64,000 nucleotides of DNA, taken from NCBI RefSeq assembly GCF_036321535.1, contig NC_087437.1:69132001-69196000 (forward strand), read 5' to 3'. The DNA comes from Camelus dromedarius (taxonomy: Eukaryota). Position numbers and translations under genes: made by a program. Within the stretch, counting starts at the first letter, position 1. The number at the start of each line of letters is the position of its first letter. The notes under the pieces are model-generated. The model had not been told where the DNA came from, did no database searches, and worked only from the letters and a program-made list of their open reading frames with translations. Positions 13,401-26,198 of this stretch are shown here, piece after piece.

Positions 13401-15021
13401 CATAACAGTGACCACACCTGTCCTTCCTTTTTTCACCAGTTGTTTTCTTTTTGCTACTTAAGGAGTACCTAGGGAGGTATATTTTTAGAATGCTGAGAAA
13501 CCATTTCCTAAGCAAGAAGCATGTGAATCAGAAGATTGGCAGTTTTGAAAGAAACTTGGTATACTTTGATACCTTGAATCAAGGACCCTTGAAAAGTAAA
13601 CATAAGCACACACTCACAGACCAAATTAAAAGGTTGCAAGAGGACTTAATAAAGAAAACAATCACACTTACAATTCTTTTCTTAGTGTCTCTTAGACTAT
13701 AACTCCAGGATGGCAGGGACGTTCTTCACCCCTGTCTCCCTGGCACTTAGATAGCATCTTGAATATATTATTTGTTCTTCAAGAAGTTTTTATGGAATAA
13801 ATCAATAAGTGAATTAATGATATTGGAAAGAGGTGTTGAGAATGACGCAAAAGGTTAAGGAGTTATTAGTTATAGGGCTGATAGAGAAAAGGACTATCAG
13901 CCTATACTGATAGAAGTAAACTGATGGAAGTAAACTGAAGACTGCACAGAAAGAAAGGAAAAACATGGGGTGGATATGAAAGGAGAGGTCACGGGTTCCA
14001 AGAGAAAGTGAACGAGAATGGCGTGTGAAAAGGGATCTTTGTGTAAAGTTTTGGCGATATTGAGGGTTTATTTCTCTAACCAAAGAGTGTTTAAGCAATT
14101 TTGGAGGAAGGCAAAATTCAAAAAAATCACAACAAAAGCACGTTATGTATTATGTTTCTCTGCAGGCCTCATAAAAGAGCAATTTATTCTTGGCATGTTC
14201 TCTAAATGTTTACAAGAGAGAATGTTTTACGGGCATACAGATTTTAGATTCTTTCCATCTCTGAGTCTTAACTAATTCACTTAAACAAAATGACGTTCAA
14301 CACCTGGCAAATTAAAAAGGCTTTTCTACGACTAGGGCCTTTTATTTGAAGATTTGAGTTCTGGGTTGGTCACTCTTTCTCAAAATTAACATACTTTAAA
14401 AACCCATTTAAAAATAATTAGAATTTAAATAAGGCAAGGCTAAGCAGAACTGAGTTTCTCCAAGATCTCAGTATCTCCAAATTCTTCGTTTAACTCGCAA
14501 GAAATGGCTCAGTGGGAGTACCATTGAATAGCAAGGTGATGGCAGTTGTCATATTATGTCAATAAATTAAGGCTGTCTCCTCCCACAATAAACAGTTTTC
14601 CCCCCCAAGTTTGTTAGCTTCATGGTAAATAGATGATATCATCATTAGTATATGTAATAAGAATTGAAGTCAGTAAAGATGTAGAGCTTATAGGGATATT
14701 GGACTGATAACCTTTTTTTGCAGATAAGGATATTAATGATAAATAGGTTACTCAAAGTCACAAAGATAGTCAAGGACAGAAATGTGAGTAAAACTCAGGT
14801 CTCCTGATTTCTTTATGTAGCACATTTTCACTATATTATATTTTGAGAAAAAAAAATAGTTGATTATGTTGACAATGAAGAGAAAGATATAATTGAGTTC
14901 TAAGTCCTTGAGTAGCCTAAAAAAAAGCCAGTTACTGGATATTCTTATTTTATGAGTAGTGTCTTGTTCATCATTATATCTCCTGAGAGGTGATGCAGAA
15001 TCTAGAACCTGGTAGGTGGTT

Positions 15022-15034
<13 letters not shown>

Positions 15035-15068
<34 letters not shown>

Positions 15069-15180
15069 TATATATATAATGTAATTTACATACAATATAT
15101 GCACGTATCTTAAGCATTCAGTTCGATTAACTTTAGCAATTATATATACATATATATGTATATATATGTATATATATATC
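15035..15180. repeat. (TA)n/(CA)n low-complexity tracts at the 3' end of the old L1
   Basis: Poly-A followed by (AT)n and (CA)n runs, directly visible. Confidence 0.85.
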
Positions 15181-18100
15181 ACCATGTACAGAATTCAACT
15201 ATTCTATGTATGAGTCCTTTTTCAGGTAATACATATTCTGTGGCCAGTCTGTGGGCTCGCTTACTCTTTTTTCCTAGTGATGTCATTTACACTGCCCTAG
15301 AAAATTTCCTCATGCCATTTTATGGTCAATCTACCCTTCATTCTGCCCATCCACAGAAGTGATCACTTTCTGATTTCTATTGCCAGAGATTAGTATTATC
15401 TTTTCTTGGAAATTAGATAAATCAAATAATTCAGTCAGTATATTTTTGTGACTGATTAATTTTACTCATAATGTTTTAGAAACTAATTCATGATTTTGTA
15501 TGTATCAGTAGTTTTTCCTTTTATTTTATCTAGTAGCATTTTATTGCATGACAGTAACACATTTTGTTTATGCATTCTCCTGTTGATAGATATGTGTGTA
15601 ATCATGAATATGACAGTCGCTATGAACACTCTTTACAATTTTGTGGGAAGCATTTTGAACATATTTTCATATACTTAATGGTCATTTGTATTTCTTCTTT
15701 GTTATGCATCTGTTCAAGTCATTACCCATTTTATAATTGGATTGTTTGCCTTTTTATTATTGCCTTGTAGGAGTTCTCTATATATTCTAGATATGTGTTC
15801 TTTGCCAAATATATATATTATGAATACTTTCTCCCAATCTGATTTTGCTTATTAGTTTTCTTAATGTTTCTTTTAATGAGATGTAAATTTTAATTTTTAT
15901 GAAGTTCAATTTATCATTTTTTTCTTTTAGAGTTACTTTGTGACCTATGGAAACTTCCCAAGGTTACAAAGATACTGTTCTTATTTTTCTTCTGTGCTTT
16001 GTAAATTTAAGTCTAAGATTTATCTCAAATTAATATTTTGTTTATGGAGTATAAGAGTTGAGTTGTTTCAGCACCATTTCTTAAAAAGACTTTCCTTTCC
16101 TCATTGAATGAACTTGATACTTTATCTGAAGATCAGTTGACTTGTGTATGGATCTATTTCTGGGACTGTGCTATTTTCCATTGATCAGTTATGTCTTTTA
16201 GTCCGTGATTGCACGTTGTTTACTGTAGCTTTATAGTAAATCTTAAAGTAGATAGTGTTAAGTTCTCTCGCTTTCATTAAAATATTGCTTTGGCTACACC
16301 AGATACTTCTTATTTCTACTCAAATTTTAGAATCAGCTTGCCTAGTATCTTTTAAATGTCTTGTTGGAAGCTTGATGGGAATTACATTAAATATTACAGT
16401 CAATTAAGGGAGAAAAAACATCTTTAAGATCTCAAGTTGTTGTCAATGAACATAGGTATAGCTCCCCATTTATTGATCCTTTTAAATTTCTCAGCAATGT
16501 TTTGTAGTTTCATTGTGGTGATCTTGCATATTTTTAATAGATTTTGCCCCTATATATTTAATATTTTGATGATACTGTAAATGATTTTGTTTTTCTAATT
16601 TTTTATTACTGTGTATAGAAACACTAATTTTTTGTTAATTGACTTTGAATCCTGCAGTTTCACTAAATTTACTTACTTCTAGCCCCTTTTTGTGGATTCT
16701 ATGAAGTTTTCTACATATATAATTAATTATCTGCACATAACACACTTTCCTTTCTTTGTAGATCTTTAAGCTTTTATTTTTTACCTGTTTTATTGCATAG
16801 GGAAAATATTAAATAGAAATAATGAGAGAGGCATTCTTACCCTCTTTGAGAGAGTATGGGTAAAACATATAAAATTTTGCAATTAGGGGTTTATAGTAGC
16901 TTTAGGATTATTTTAGTTCTCTTTGATCAAGTTGAGGAGGTTTCCTTCTATTCTTAATTTGCTGAGTTTTTATTCAGAATGTATATTCAATTTTCTCAAA
17001 TGTAGTTTTCTCCATCAATTTAGATGATTATGTATTTTTTCTGCTTCACTCTTAGTATATTGAATTAATTGATTTTTGGAAAAAAAAGTTGAACCACTTT
17101 GCATAACTGAGATAAAATTCATCTATTCATGGTGCATCACTCTGTATCACTGTGTATGTGTATACTCAATTTGTTTCTATTGTTTTAAAGAATTTTGCAT
17201 CTGTGATCATAATAGATATTAGTCTGTAATTTTTTTTCTTATAGTATCTTTGCCAAATTTTGGTATGAAACTATACGGGTAAATTGTATATTTTCCTTCT
17301 TTATTTTCTGAGACAATTTATGTAGCAATTGGTATTATTCCTTACTTAAATACTTGATAAAAATTTCAGTGAAGGCCTTCTGAGCCAGGAGTACTTTTGT
17401 AGGAAAATTATTGGTTATGAACTCAATTTATTTTATATTTATGGGGCTATATTAGGTTGTCTATTCTCATTTTGACAGTTTAGATAAGTTTATTACTCAA
17501 GGATTTTGTCCATTTAATCTATCATAGAATTTAATGGCACGCATGGCGCTCGACTGTTGTAGACTCTCTAGTGAAGTCCTCTTTCCATTCCTAATGTTGG
17601 TGATTTTTATTTTCTCTCCTTTTTCTTGATAAATCTTGCTAGAAATCTGTTAAGTTTATTAATCTTTTTAGTGATTCCACTTTTGACATTCCGATTATCT
17701 GTTGTTTTATATTTGATTGATTTCTGCTTTTATCTTCATTATTTCTTTTTTCTATTTATTTTGGGGCTTAATTTATTCTGTTTTGTCTAGCTTCTGAAGT
17801 AGAAGTTTCAATCATTTATTTTAAATTACTCATATTTTCTACTCTAAACATTTAAATTCTAAATGTTCCTCTAGGGCAGCTTTAGCTGAATCACAGAGAT
17901 TTTGATATAGTATAGTGTGTTTCTATTATAATTAATTTTGTAATATTTTCTAATTTCCCTTGTGATTTCTTCTCTGATCCATAGGTTATTTAGAAATTGG
18001 TTATTAAATCCCAAATATTTTAGGATTTTTTCTGTATAGCTTTTAAAAATTAATTCCTAATTTGAGTCATTGTGTCAAATTACTCTGGAGAATTATATTC

Positions 18101-18885
18101 CAAACAATATATAAAATGATGATTTTTGATTTTGTAATATTTTGAGACTATTTTATGGCCTAGTATATAGTCTATTTTGGTGAATGATTCATGTGTACAT
18201 GTGAAGGCTGTGTATAGTTTGGGGGTAGAATTATATACACACAGTTATTGGATAGTGGTATATAAAATCTCTGACTACAAATGTGAATTTCTCTACTCTT
18301 CCTTTTAATCTGTCAGATTTTGTTTCATGTGTTTTTAAATACTGTTATTGGTTGCATACACATTTAGAATTGTTACGACTTCTGGATGAATTAACTCCTC
18401 TATAATTATGGAATGTTCCTCTGTTTCTCTAGTAGTATTCTTTCCCTTGAGGTCTACTTAGTCTGATACTAAGATAGCCACACCATTTTTTTAACCCTAG
18501 TTTTAAATGGCATATTTAACACAACAATCTTAACCTTAAAAATAAGATTTTTTAATCTTAGTGTTTAAGTGGTATACATTTTTACACATTTACTTTAAAC
18601 TTCTCTATCTTTACACAAAATCTATAAAATTATGTTTTTCTTTTTTGTTCAATCTTATCTGTGTCTTACATGGAATGTTTAGTTCATTACCATTTAATAT
18701 AATTATTGATATAGTTCAGATTAAATCTGATTTCATTTTGGTTTCTGTCTATCTCATTATTATTTGTTTGTTTTTCTTTTCTGCCTTCTTTGAGGTAAAT
18801 CACATTTTTGTGCATTTCATTTTTTACTTCTATTTTTAACATTTAGATGAATGTGTTTGTGTTATATTTTAGTGGTTTACCAGAG

Positions 18886-19095
18886 CAGTGTTGTCTAAAA
18901 TATCTTTCTTCAAAGATGGAAATATTCTCTGTGTGTTCAACTGGCATAGTAGACACTAGACACATGTAGCTATTTAACACTTGAAATGTGGCTAGTGCAA
19001 TTTAGGAACTGAGTTTTTAATTTTATTTAATTTAATTTTCTACCTAAATTTAAATACCGACATGTAGCTACTAACTACCCTATTGGACAATATAT
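18886..19095 (+). mobile_element. MER3 hAT-Charlie MITE
   Basis: 'gatggaaatattct...actagacacatgtagctatttaacacttgaaatgtggctagtg...ggaactgagtttttaattttatttaatt...tattggaca', ~210 bp, matching the remembered MER3 consensus. Confidence 0.85.
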
Positions 19096-20004
19096 ATTTA
19101 GAAAGTGCCTTTTATTCATTCCTACAGCTCTGGGGTTTCATTTGGTATCATTTCTCTTCAGCCTAAACACCCACTTTTAGCATGTCCTGTAGTATAGAAG
19201 TTGCTGGAGGGCAAATTCCCTAAGCTTTTGTTCTTTGAAATGATTTTATTTGCCCTTTTTTTTTTTAAGGAGAGATAGCTAAAGATAGACAGATATACAG
19301 GTAGATAAACAGATCTGTATATAATACTCTTAGATTGACTTTTAAAAAAAGCACTTTATAATATAAAGCATTGCTTTGTCTAATAATATATTGTTTTATT
19401 ATTTTTAGTGGGAAATCAGCCATTGTGCATATTGTTCCATTCCAGGTGATATATCTATTGTTACTGACTGCTTTTAAGTTATTTTCTTTATATTTTGTTT
19501 TCAACAATTTGACTGTGAAGAACTTATGTGTGTTTTGCTTTGTTGTACTCTGCTTGGGGTACACTGAGTATCTTGGATAATGTTTCTCAGTCACTTTGAA
19601 TCATTCTCTGCACTATTTTTTTAAATATTTTTTCTACCACATGTTCTATCTTTCTACTCATGGTAGGTTTGATATTGTCCCATAGGATTCAAACATTTCT
19701 CTGTTTTTTTTTCACTATTTTTGCTTCAGTTTGGATGCCTTCTATTGACTTTTTTTTTTTTTTCATTTTAAACAAGAAGTTTATTTAAAAAACAAGATGC
19801 TTGACTTGAAGGGAAAACTATTATTCATTTCTTTTTTTTTAAACTATTGTTATTTCACAAGTCAGGATATTAACACAGTAATGACAGTGCTGATCTGTGA
19901 TTATAAAAACCAGCTGTATGATTCATTGCCTACCTCACTAATCACATCTACCACTCTCCAGATCATGTTTCTACTATTACATTTAGGTTTTTTTAAATAT
20001 TTAA

Positions 20005-20295
20005 ATCTTTTTATTGAAGTATAGTTGATTTACAATGTTGTGTTAGTTTCTGATGTACAGCAAAGTGATTCAGTTATACATATATATGTTGTTTTTCATA
20101 TCTTTTCATTATAGGTTATTACAGGATATTGAATATAGTTCCCTGTGCTAAACAGTAGGACCTTGTTTTTTATCTATTTTATTTATAATAGTTAATATCT
20201 GCAAATCCCAAATTCCTAATTTATCTCTCCCTACCCCCCATCCCTGGTAACCCTAAGTTTATTTTCTATGTCTGTGAGTCTCTGTTTTGTTAAAA
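20005..20295 (-). mobile_element. 5'-truncated L1 3' end inserted in the SUMO2 retrocopy 3' UTR
   Basis: 'ttattgaagtatagttgatttacaatgttgtgttagtttctgatgtacagcaaagtgattcag...gttccctgtgct...tctatgtctgtgagtc', closely similar to the L1 3' end at 61040-61330 in this window. Confidence 0.92.
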
Positions 20296-20493
20296 AAAAC
20301 TCTTTTAGAGTAATTTATTTCCATTTAAAGGCAGATTGTTCTACATGCAAAAAAGGTATAAAATTGCCCTTGGTTTTACAATGATAAATGAAAAACATTA
20401 AAATTCTCCAACTGAACAAAGTATGCAAGGATTTTTCTGTTAAACAGTGAGTACAAAATAACGTACTGGAATATAAAGAAAAGAGCTGAGTGA

Positions 20494-20600
20494 AGCGCAT
20501 GCCTAGCTTACACAAGGCCCCGTGTTCAATTCCCAGTGCCTCCTTTTACATAAATAAATAAATAAGCATAAAATTGCCTCCCCTCATTTAAAAAAAAAAA
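20494..20600 (+). mobile_element. 5'-truncated tRNA-derived SINE (camelid vic-1-like)
   Basis: B-box-like 'gtgttcaattccc', then (TAAA)n, 'aattgcctcccc' and poly(A). Flanked by a 15-nt TSD, aaaagagctgagtga (20479-20493) / aaaagagctaaatga (20601-20615). Family name from memory. Confidence 0.8.
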
Positions 20601-22509
20601 AAAAGAGCTAAATGAGCATGCCACTAATGGAGAAAGGGAGGTATTTTCACAGAAGTAGTATTTCCCCCAACCCATCTTCATTTGGTGTTGATCAAAGTAT
20701 GCCACTGGCCATTTGGTTTTTTAAAAAATGCAATGTGCTTCAGTATGGACACCAGTAACTTTGTACCATCAAGAAATGGGAAAGAGGAACATGAAAGAAT
20801 AGAAAAAACTGTACTGTAGTAGTCAGGATGTGTTAGGACCAAATTGGGTTTTCTAATTGAGAATGTCTTCATGGTATGGAGGAAGAGTTCTGGAGTAAAG
20901 TAACAGGTTCCTTTTTTTTAGTAGACACTTCCTATCTGCTCCCAGAACATACCAGTTGCATTTTCACCTTTCATTTCCAACGGGGCAGGTGTATTTGCTT
21001 CATTGACTGGCTGCCCATCAGTTTGGAATCTGGTTTGCCTAATTGACAAACCCTGTCATTCATACTAGGCGTTCATTAGTTTACTAAGTGCTGTTATGTA
21101 TCTTAATCTTAAACTGCACCACAGAACCATCTAGGCCTGCAGCTTCAAATTAGTATGATCATTGTTCTCAGTCTTGACTCCTCCTTGGGCTTTTCTTCAG
21201 CCATGGCAAGTACTGAATTCTCAACGGCTGCTTCACAAAAGAGGTACCAGGTCCTTACCTAAGGAGTGCACAAGCGGCAACAGCTGTGCTATTGATTGGT
21301 CTTCAAGGGTACTTTTTCTCATTTCTGACTCCAGTCTGCTATTAAATCCATCTAATGAACTCTTCATTCATGATACTGAATTTTTTCTGAAACTTTTCAA
21401 TAGAGTTTTGTTTAGTGTAGTATTCCTATCTCTGATAAAATCCCCTATCTCTTCACTCACGTTGCCTGGTTTTTCTACTCTATCCTTTAGATTTTTTATT
21501 TTTATTTGAAGTCTGATAATTCCGCTGTCGGGGTCACCTCTGGGTCTTCCCTCTTCATATATTCTCTCAGGACCATGATTTATGTTTTCTTCTTTTTTTG
21601 TCATAAATTTTACGGCGTTAAAGACATGTTGTATAAAAACAGATGTGAATATTACTTATTTCTAGAAAAATTGTAGAATAGAGAGCTAAATAAATCTGTT
21701 CTCTAGTTGAGATATGTTTGAACTTGGTTGCAACTTTAGTTTGGCCGTAGGCTTGGAATTTTTTGAGAGTGGAATTAGAATTTACGTCTGGTAGGTTTGG
21801 GATCTGAGCACTAGTGAGCTCCATAGATGTCTTTGCGTCTCTACTAGCTTTCTAAAACATGGAGAGCTCTCAGTTCTTACAGCCTGGCGTCCAGCTCTTT
21901 GTGTTTTGTAGGGGTTTTCTTTCCTCTCCTCCAGTCCTACAATGCTTACAATCCTTTCCTCCCAGGATGCTCAGAGCACTCTCTCTCAGAACTCCCATCT
22001 GTCTCCAACTCATAGAAGCTGAAATCCTGAGTTTAAATCGCTCCCTCTCAGCTCTCCTCTCCTGCTTTCAAGCCTTTGGAAAACTTCCCTGGAACACTCA
22101 GTAAAGACCCAGGCAATAGATTTGGTGTGGATGCAGATTTACTCTGCCACTGGGGGCTCAGAATTCAAATCCTTCCTGGCAGCCCACGCACAGACCTTAA
22201 AATTTTGTTAAAAGATTCTGCTGATTTCCTGTCTGGCTGATTTCCTCGTCAGCCAGAGGGGAGATCAGCTTTGTATGTTTTCTCTTCTATGAAGTGTTCA
22301 TCACTGGAGTTCAGTTTATTTAGAGATTCTTTGAAATGTGACATCTCTGAGGGATTCAGGAAACCCGATTTTGTACCTGAGTTGCTTTGTTTTGTTGTTA
22401 TGGTGAGAGTTACACTCTCTTACACCCTCCTACTTCATCAGTGGAGGTGGAACCATCACTCAGTGCATGTGTTGATGGAATGGAGGGAAGCAGGAGGGCA
22501 GTCTCTCAT

Positions 22510-22700
22510 GTGTTGGGTTTTCAAATTCTAGATCTGTTTCTAATCTGCTTCTTGCTGTATTCTTGAGCAAGTTTTTTTTTTTTTTAACATCTCTATTTTC
22601 TCAAATGTAAAAAGACAATAATGGTGCCTAACTTATAAAGTTTTTGAGAGGATTAAATGAGTTATTATTATACGTAAAGTACTTAGGATGACTCTGGAAA
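22510..22700 (+). mobile_element. MIR SINE
   Basis: 'cttgagcaagtt...tctattttctcaaatgtaaaa...gagaggattaaatgagtta...gtaaagtacttag'. Confidence 0.8.
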
Positions 22701-23852
22701 CAGTAAAAACTATATAAACTCTTGTTATTTTTATTTTTATTTGGAATAGAGCTTTTGTTCCAAGAGCATGGAATATATTTAAAAAGTCTCAGCAAGATGG
22801 AGAGAGGATTAAGATAATTACCCCCCACTTTGTAGAGGGTAGAATTAAAAACAACTACCAATTATTAAAACAAAAGAGGTATTTCTATAAATAGCATTGT
22901 GTTTAATCAACCTGAATAACACTTTCTAGTTGCTGGCGAGTTAGGTGCTTTGTCAGTGGAATTAGGTACTTAGTTGAGTCGGGGACAAAATATGCTGTTA
23001 CAGAAATTAAAATAATTGAAGGATTAATCAGCCACTCTGGCTTTGAGATAGATACCTGTCATCATTGCTGGGCTGCATACCTCCTGGGGTTGGTGGAATA
23101 CCCTGCAGAGCAGTGCGCAGCTGATACTCTTGCGTTTCCTTATGCCGTCCCTCATACAGCACGGCCTGACTATGCCTAGTTCTAGGCTCCTGAGATTCTC
23201 CATAAATGAAAGAAATAAGCTGCAGAAACCAAATGAGACATCTTTTTAGCCTCCAGTTTTTCCCTCTTCTTAGTCTCTCTCTCTAAAGTCTTTCCCTCTC
23301 AAAGTCTCTCTATTTCTTTGTGGTATCCTCCAATTATCTTCTTATTTCTCTCTCCTTTCTTCTATTCCAAGCCAATATTACAACAATAATAATAGTAATA
23401 ATCACTATATTACTTTTTAGAGAAATGAATGCATTCTCTTCTTCAATGAATATATTTTCTTAGTTATAATTATTCAGGACTCCAAAAACTATAGAAAAAT
23501 ATTACCTATTGAAAGAGGTCCTTAAAAATTAAAAACAAAACTGGAAATCCCAAACCTTAGAATCATATAAGTCAGATCTAGCCTGTTAAAATTGCAATTT
23601 GGAAAAAGTGTGGCTCTGATCCATAAACTCTTGCAATTCCTGACATTCACAGCTCTGGTTTCTTAGGTCATCTCAGGCTGTCCTGAGTCTCTCCAGTTGT
23701 TAAAAATATGATCAGCTGCAGGGTTACCATGTTTACTACTGTTGGGAATATTGAACTACTCCATTTATCTCTCAGCCTCATTCTCCTCTAAGACCCCTTA
23801 ACAACACTGAAGTCTCAATCTCTCTCTTTGTCTCTCTCTGTCTCTGTCTCTG

Positions 23853-23856
<4 letters not shown>

Positions 23857-23905
<49 letters not shown>
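23857..23905. repeat. (CA)n microsatellite preceded by a (TC)/(TCTCTG) run
   Basis: Directly visible perfect AC repeat. Confidence 0.97.
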
Positions 23906-23906
<1 letters not shown>

Positions 23907-25769
23907 CTAAAAGTAATGCAATACATCTATTCTAATGCACTTTCAGATTCTGTGCCTGCTAGTTCAGGAAGGTATTTTTAGCTAAGGGGCTTTTCCAATA
24001 TAAACAACTTATATGTCAGTCTGGCTCCATTCCTAATGAATTTGCCAAGAAATAAAGGTATTTTTTCAGGATACAGTACGTACATTTTCTGAACAAGTAA
24101 TTGAAAGTGGGCAATCTGTACTCCTCCCATCTGTCCCTGTGCACTCTGCTAGGTGAGCAACCACCGTTGGTCACACAGCCTGGTACACCTGCCCCACTGA
24201 TGGATTGTTTCCTCTTTGCCTTGTTTTCAAGGCTGATACTCTCTAAGCCAGATAGGCAGGCAGCTGCAGAGGACAGGAGCACAACTCTCAAATCCTGTAG
24301 ATAATTCCCGAAGGCAGCTGAGTTCAGGAGCCCCACCTGTTAATGAGCTGCCAATTATTTATATGTTTATAAATCATCTTTTAAACACTAACAAGCACTG
24401 ATAAACCTTGGCTGTTGGTTACTATGGTAACTGACCAGTCCCAAAGGGGAAGGAGACTACTGACATATGGACTCTGGGTCAATAGTCTCTTGTCTCCTGG
24501 TACTGAAGTTTTCACTCCTGCACTTGAAACTGTTCTGTCCAAGTATAAAGAAATCACATGAAAAAGGAGGCACAGGACATGGTGAAATGCCTGCTTTTTT
24601 TGTTGCCACCCAAAGTGTCTAAAGGGCATAGAATTGTGTCTAACTCCTCACAAGCTACAGGAACAAGCTGCCCTAACTTGATAAGTGGCAGTTCCTATCA
24701 ACAGCCTTAGAGCTGGGCTATCTAGGCCACCTGCTCTCAGATATTTTATTCCCCAAAGCTTCCTGGGCTGCTAGGCTCTACCAGTCTGAAAAGGTTTTCC
24801 TAATACATTCAGTTTGCTGTTGCAAATAGAGATGAGAAGCTACTTATGGATGCTCAGTAATATTTAGTAAGACACAAGGAATGGTTTCAGATGAAAAAGA
24901 ACATATTTTTTGCTCCCAGCAAACTGAAGGCATTTTCTCTCTTCTTTTAAAAGCGGAGTGAGAAGGCAACCAACCATGACCCAAAACTCTTTATAGTAGA
25001 GAAAGAAAACCACCTTTTGTCTTTAACTGGTTTTCCAAACTGGGTATAGGAACACTCAGCTCAATTGGTATCAGGTATGAGATGACAGCTCAAATAAGCT
25101 GATGGTTACAGGGCATCAAGCAATAGATATGATTGTAACTATTTTGCCATGACTGATCCAGAAGTGCCTGTTACCATAACTTTTAAAGGATGCTGGTTTT
25201 CAACAGAAAGTTGAATTGCTGATACCATAAAGAAGTTCCTTACCCTTCAGCAGGTGTTCAAATTGATACCTTTAACCTCCCTATTGCCTGTTAGGGCAAA
25301 AAGCATGAGCTTTAGATCAGGGTTTATTAGTATCACTACCATTTGAGTGCCTCCCCTTGGCTAGAGGATACAGGAAATGAAGGCAACTCTTTGCAAATCT
25401 TTAGATTTTGATGAAAATTATAGCAGTGGTGAGTATATATTACTCACTCTACCTTGGGATATTTTCTGGTCTCTCCATTCCATTATATTGTGGAGGAGGT
25501 AGGGGTTCAGAGCCTGCATGGGATTTATTTAATATATCTGCATCTTTTATATATCTAATTGGATATATGCACATGTTACCTTGGTGTTATGCATATGCCA
25601 ATGCTCAGGTATTTGCTGTCTCCTTCCATTGTTACTTTAAAAAAACACTTATAACATCAGAAACTTAATTTGAAAAAGGCATTTTATACCATTTGTGGTT
25701 CATTCATCTTTAATTTCGTAGCACTTAAAAAGATCCAATTCATTTAAACTACAAGAAGAAAAAAACAGT

Positions 25770-26198
25770 TCACCAATTTTTCCCACCCCCTCCACCCCAC
25801 CTCCCACCTCTGGCAACCACCAGTCTATTCTCTGTGTCTATGAACTTGGAGATTAGATTCCACATATAAGAGGGATCATACAGTTTTTGTTTTTCTCTGC
25901 TTGACTTATTTCAGTTAGCATAATGCCCTCCACGTCTGCATGTTACTGCAAATAGCAAGATTTCATTCTTTTTTATGGCTGAGTGATATTCCATTGTATA
26001 TATGGAATCTTCTTTCTCTCTTCATCTGTTGATGGACACTTAGGTTGCTTCCATATCTTGGCAATTGTAAATAATGCTGCTATGAACTTTGGGATGCAAG
26101 TATCTTTTTGAATTAGTGTTTTCATTTTTTTTTCAGATAAATACTCAGAATTACTAGATCATATAGTAGTTCTATTTTTAATTTTTTGAGGAATCTTG
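25770..26198 (-). mobile_element. L1 3' region fragment (L1MA-like)
   Basis: 'ctctggcaaccaccagtctattctctg...agattccacatataag...gatggacacttaggttgcttccatatcttggc...tttttgaggaatct'. Confidence 0.9.

Larger units (their letters stand above)
19750..21285 (-). pseudogene. SUMO2 (retrocopy): Processed pseudogene of SUMO2 with 5' UTR, disabled CDS (20918-21204), full 3' UTR and poly(A)
   Basis: ATG at 21204 gives MAEEKPKE-, then KTENNDHTNLK, ALSKLMNA*YE*QGLSIRQTRFQTDGQPVNEANTPAPLEMKGENATGMFWEQIGSVY*. This matches SUMO2 with a frameshift, internal stops and loss of the di-Gly motif. AATAAA at 19780-19785 (minus strand), poly(A) at 19750-19763, candidate TSD ctattga(c/t)t at 19742-19750 and 21289-21297. 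Confidence 0.96.
15080..22455 (-). mobile_element. Old, near-full-length LINE-1 (L1MC/MD/ME class), interrupted by MER3 and the SUMO2 retrocopy
   Basis: T-rich antisense ORF2 remnants at 15700-18480. ORF1-like translation at 19265-19594 (FTVKLLKTKYKENNLKAV...ITWNGTICTMADF, compare L1 ORF1p IIVKLLKTKDKEKILKAA...ITYKG..IRMTADF). Coiled-coil-like ORF1 remnant at 21368-21604. 5'-end-like sequence to ~22455; this boundary is the least certain part. Confidence 0.8.

Noticed and set aside
20494..20545. tRNA gene
   Set aside because: Only the 3' half with a B box is present, followed by a SINE tail, poly(A) and TSD.
20918..21204. Possible functional SUMO paralogue
   Set aside because: Frameshift near the start, internal TAG/TGA stops, and the di-glycine motif is lost (IGSVY).
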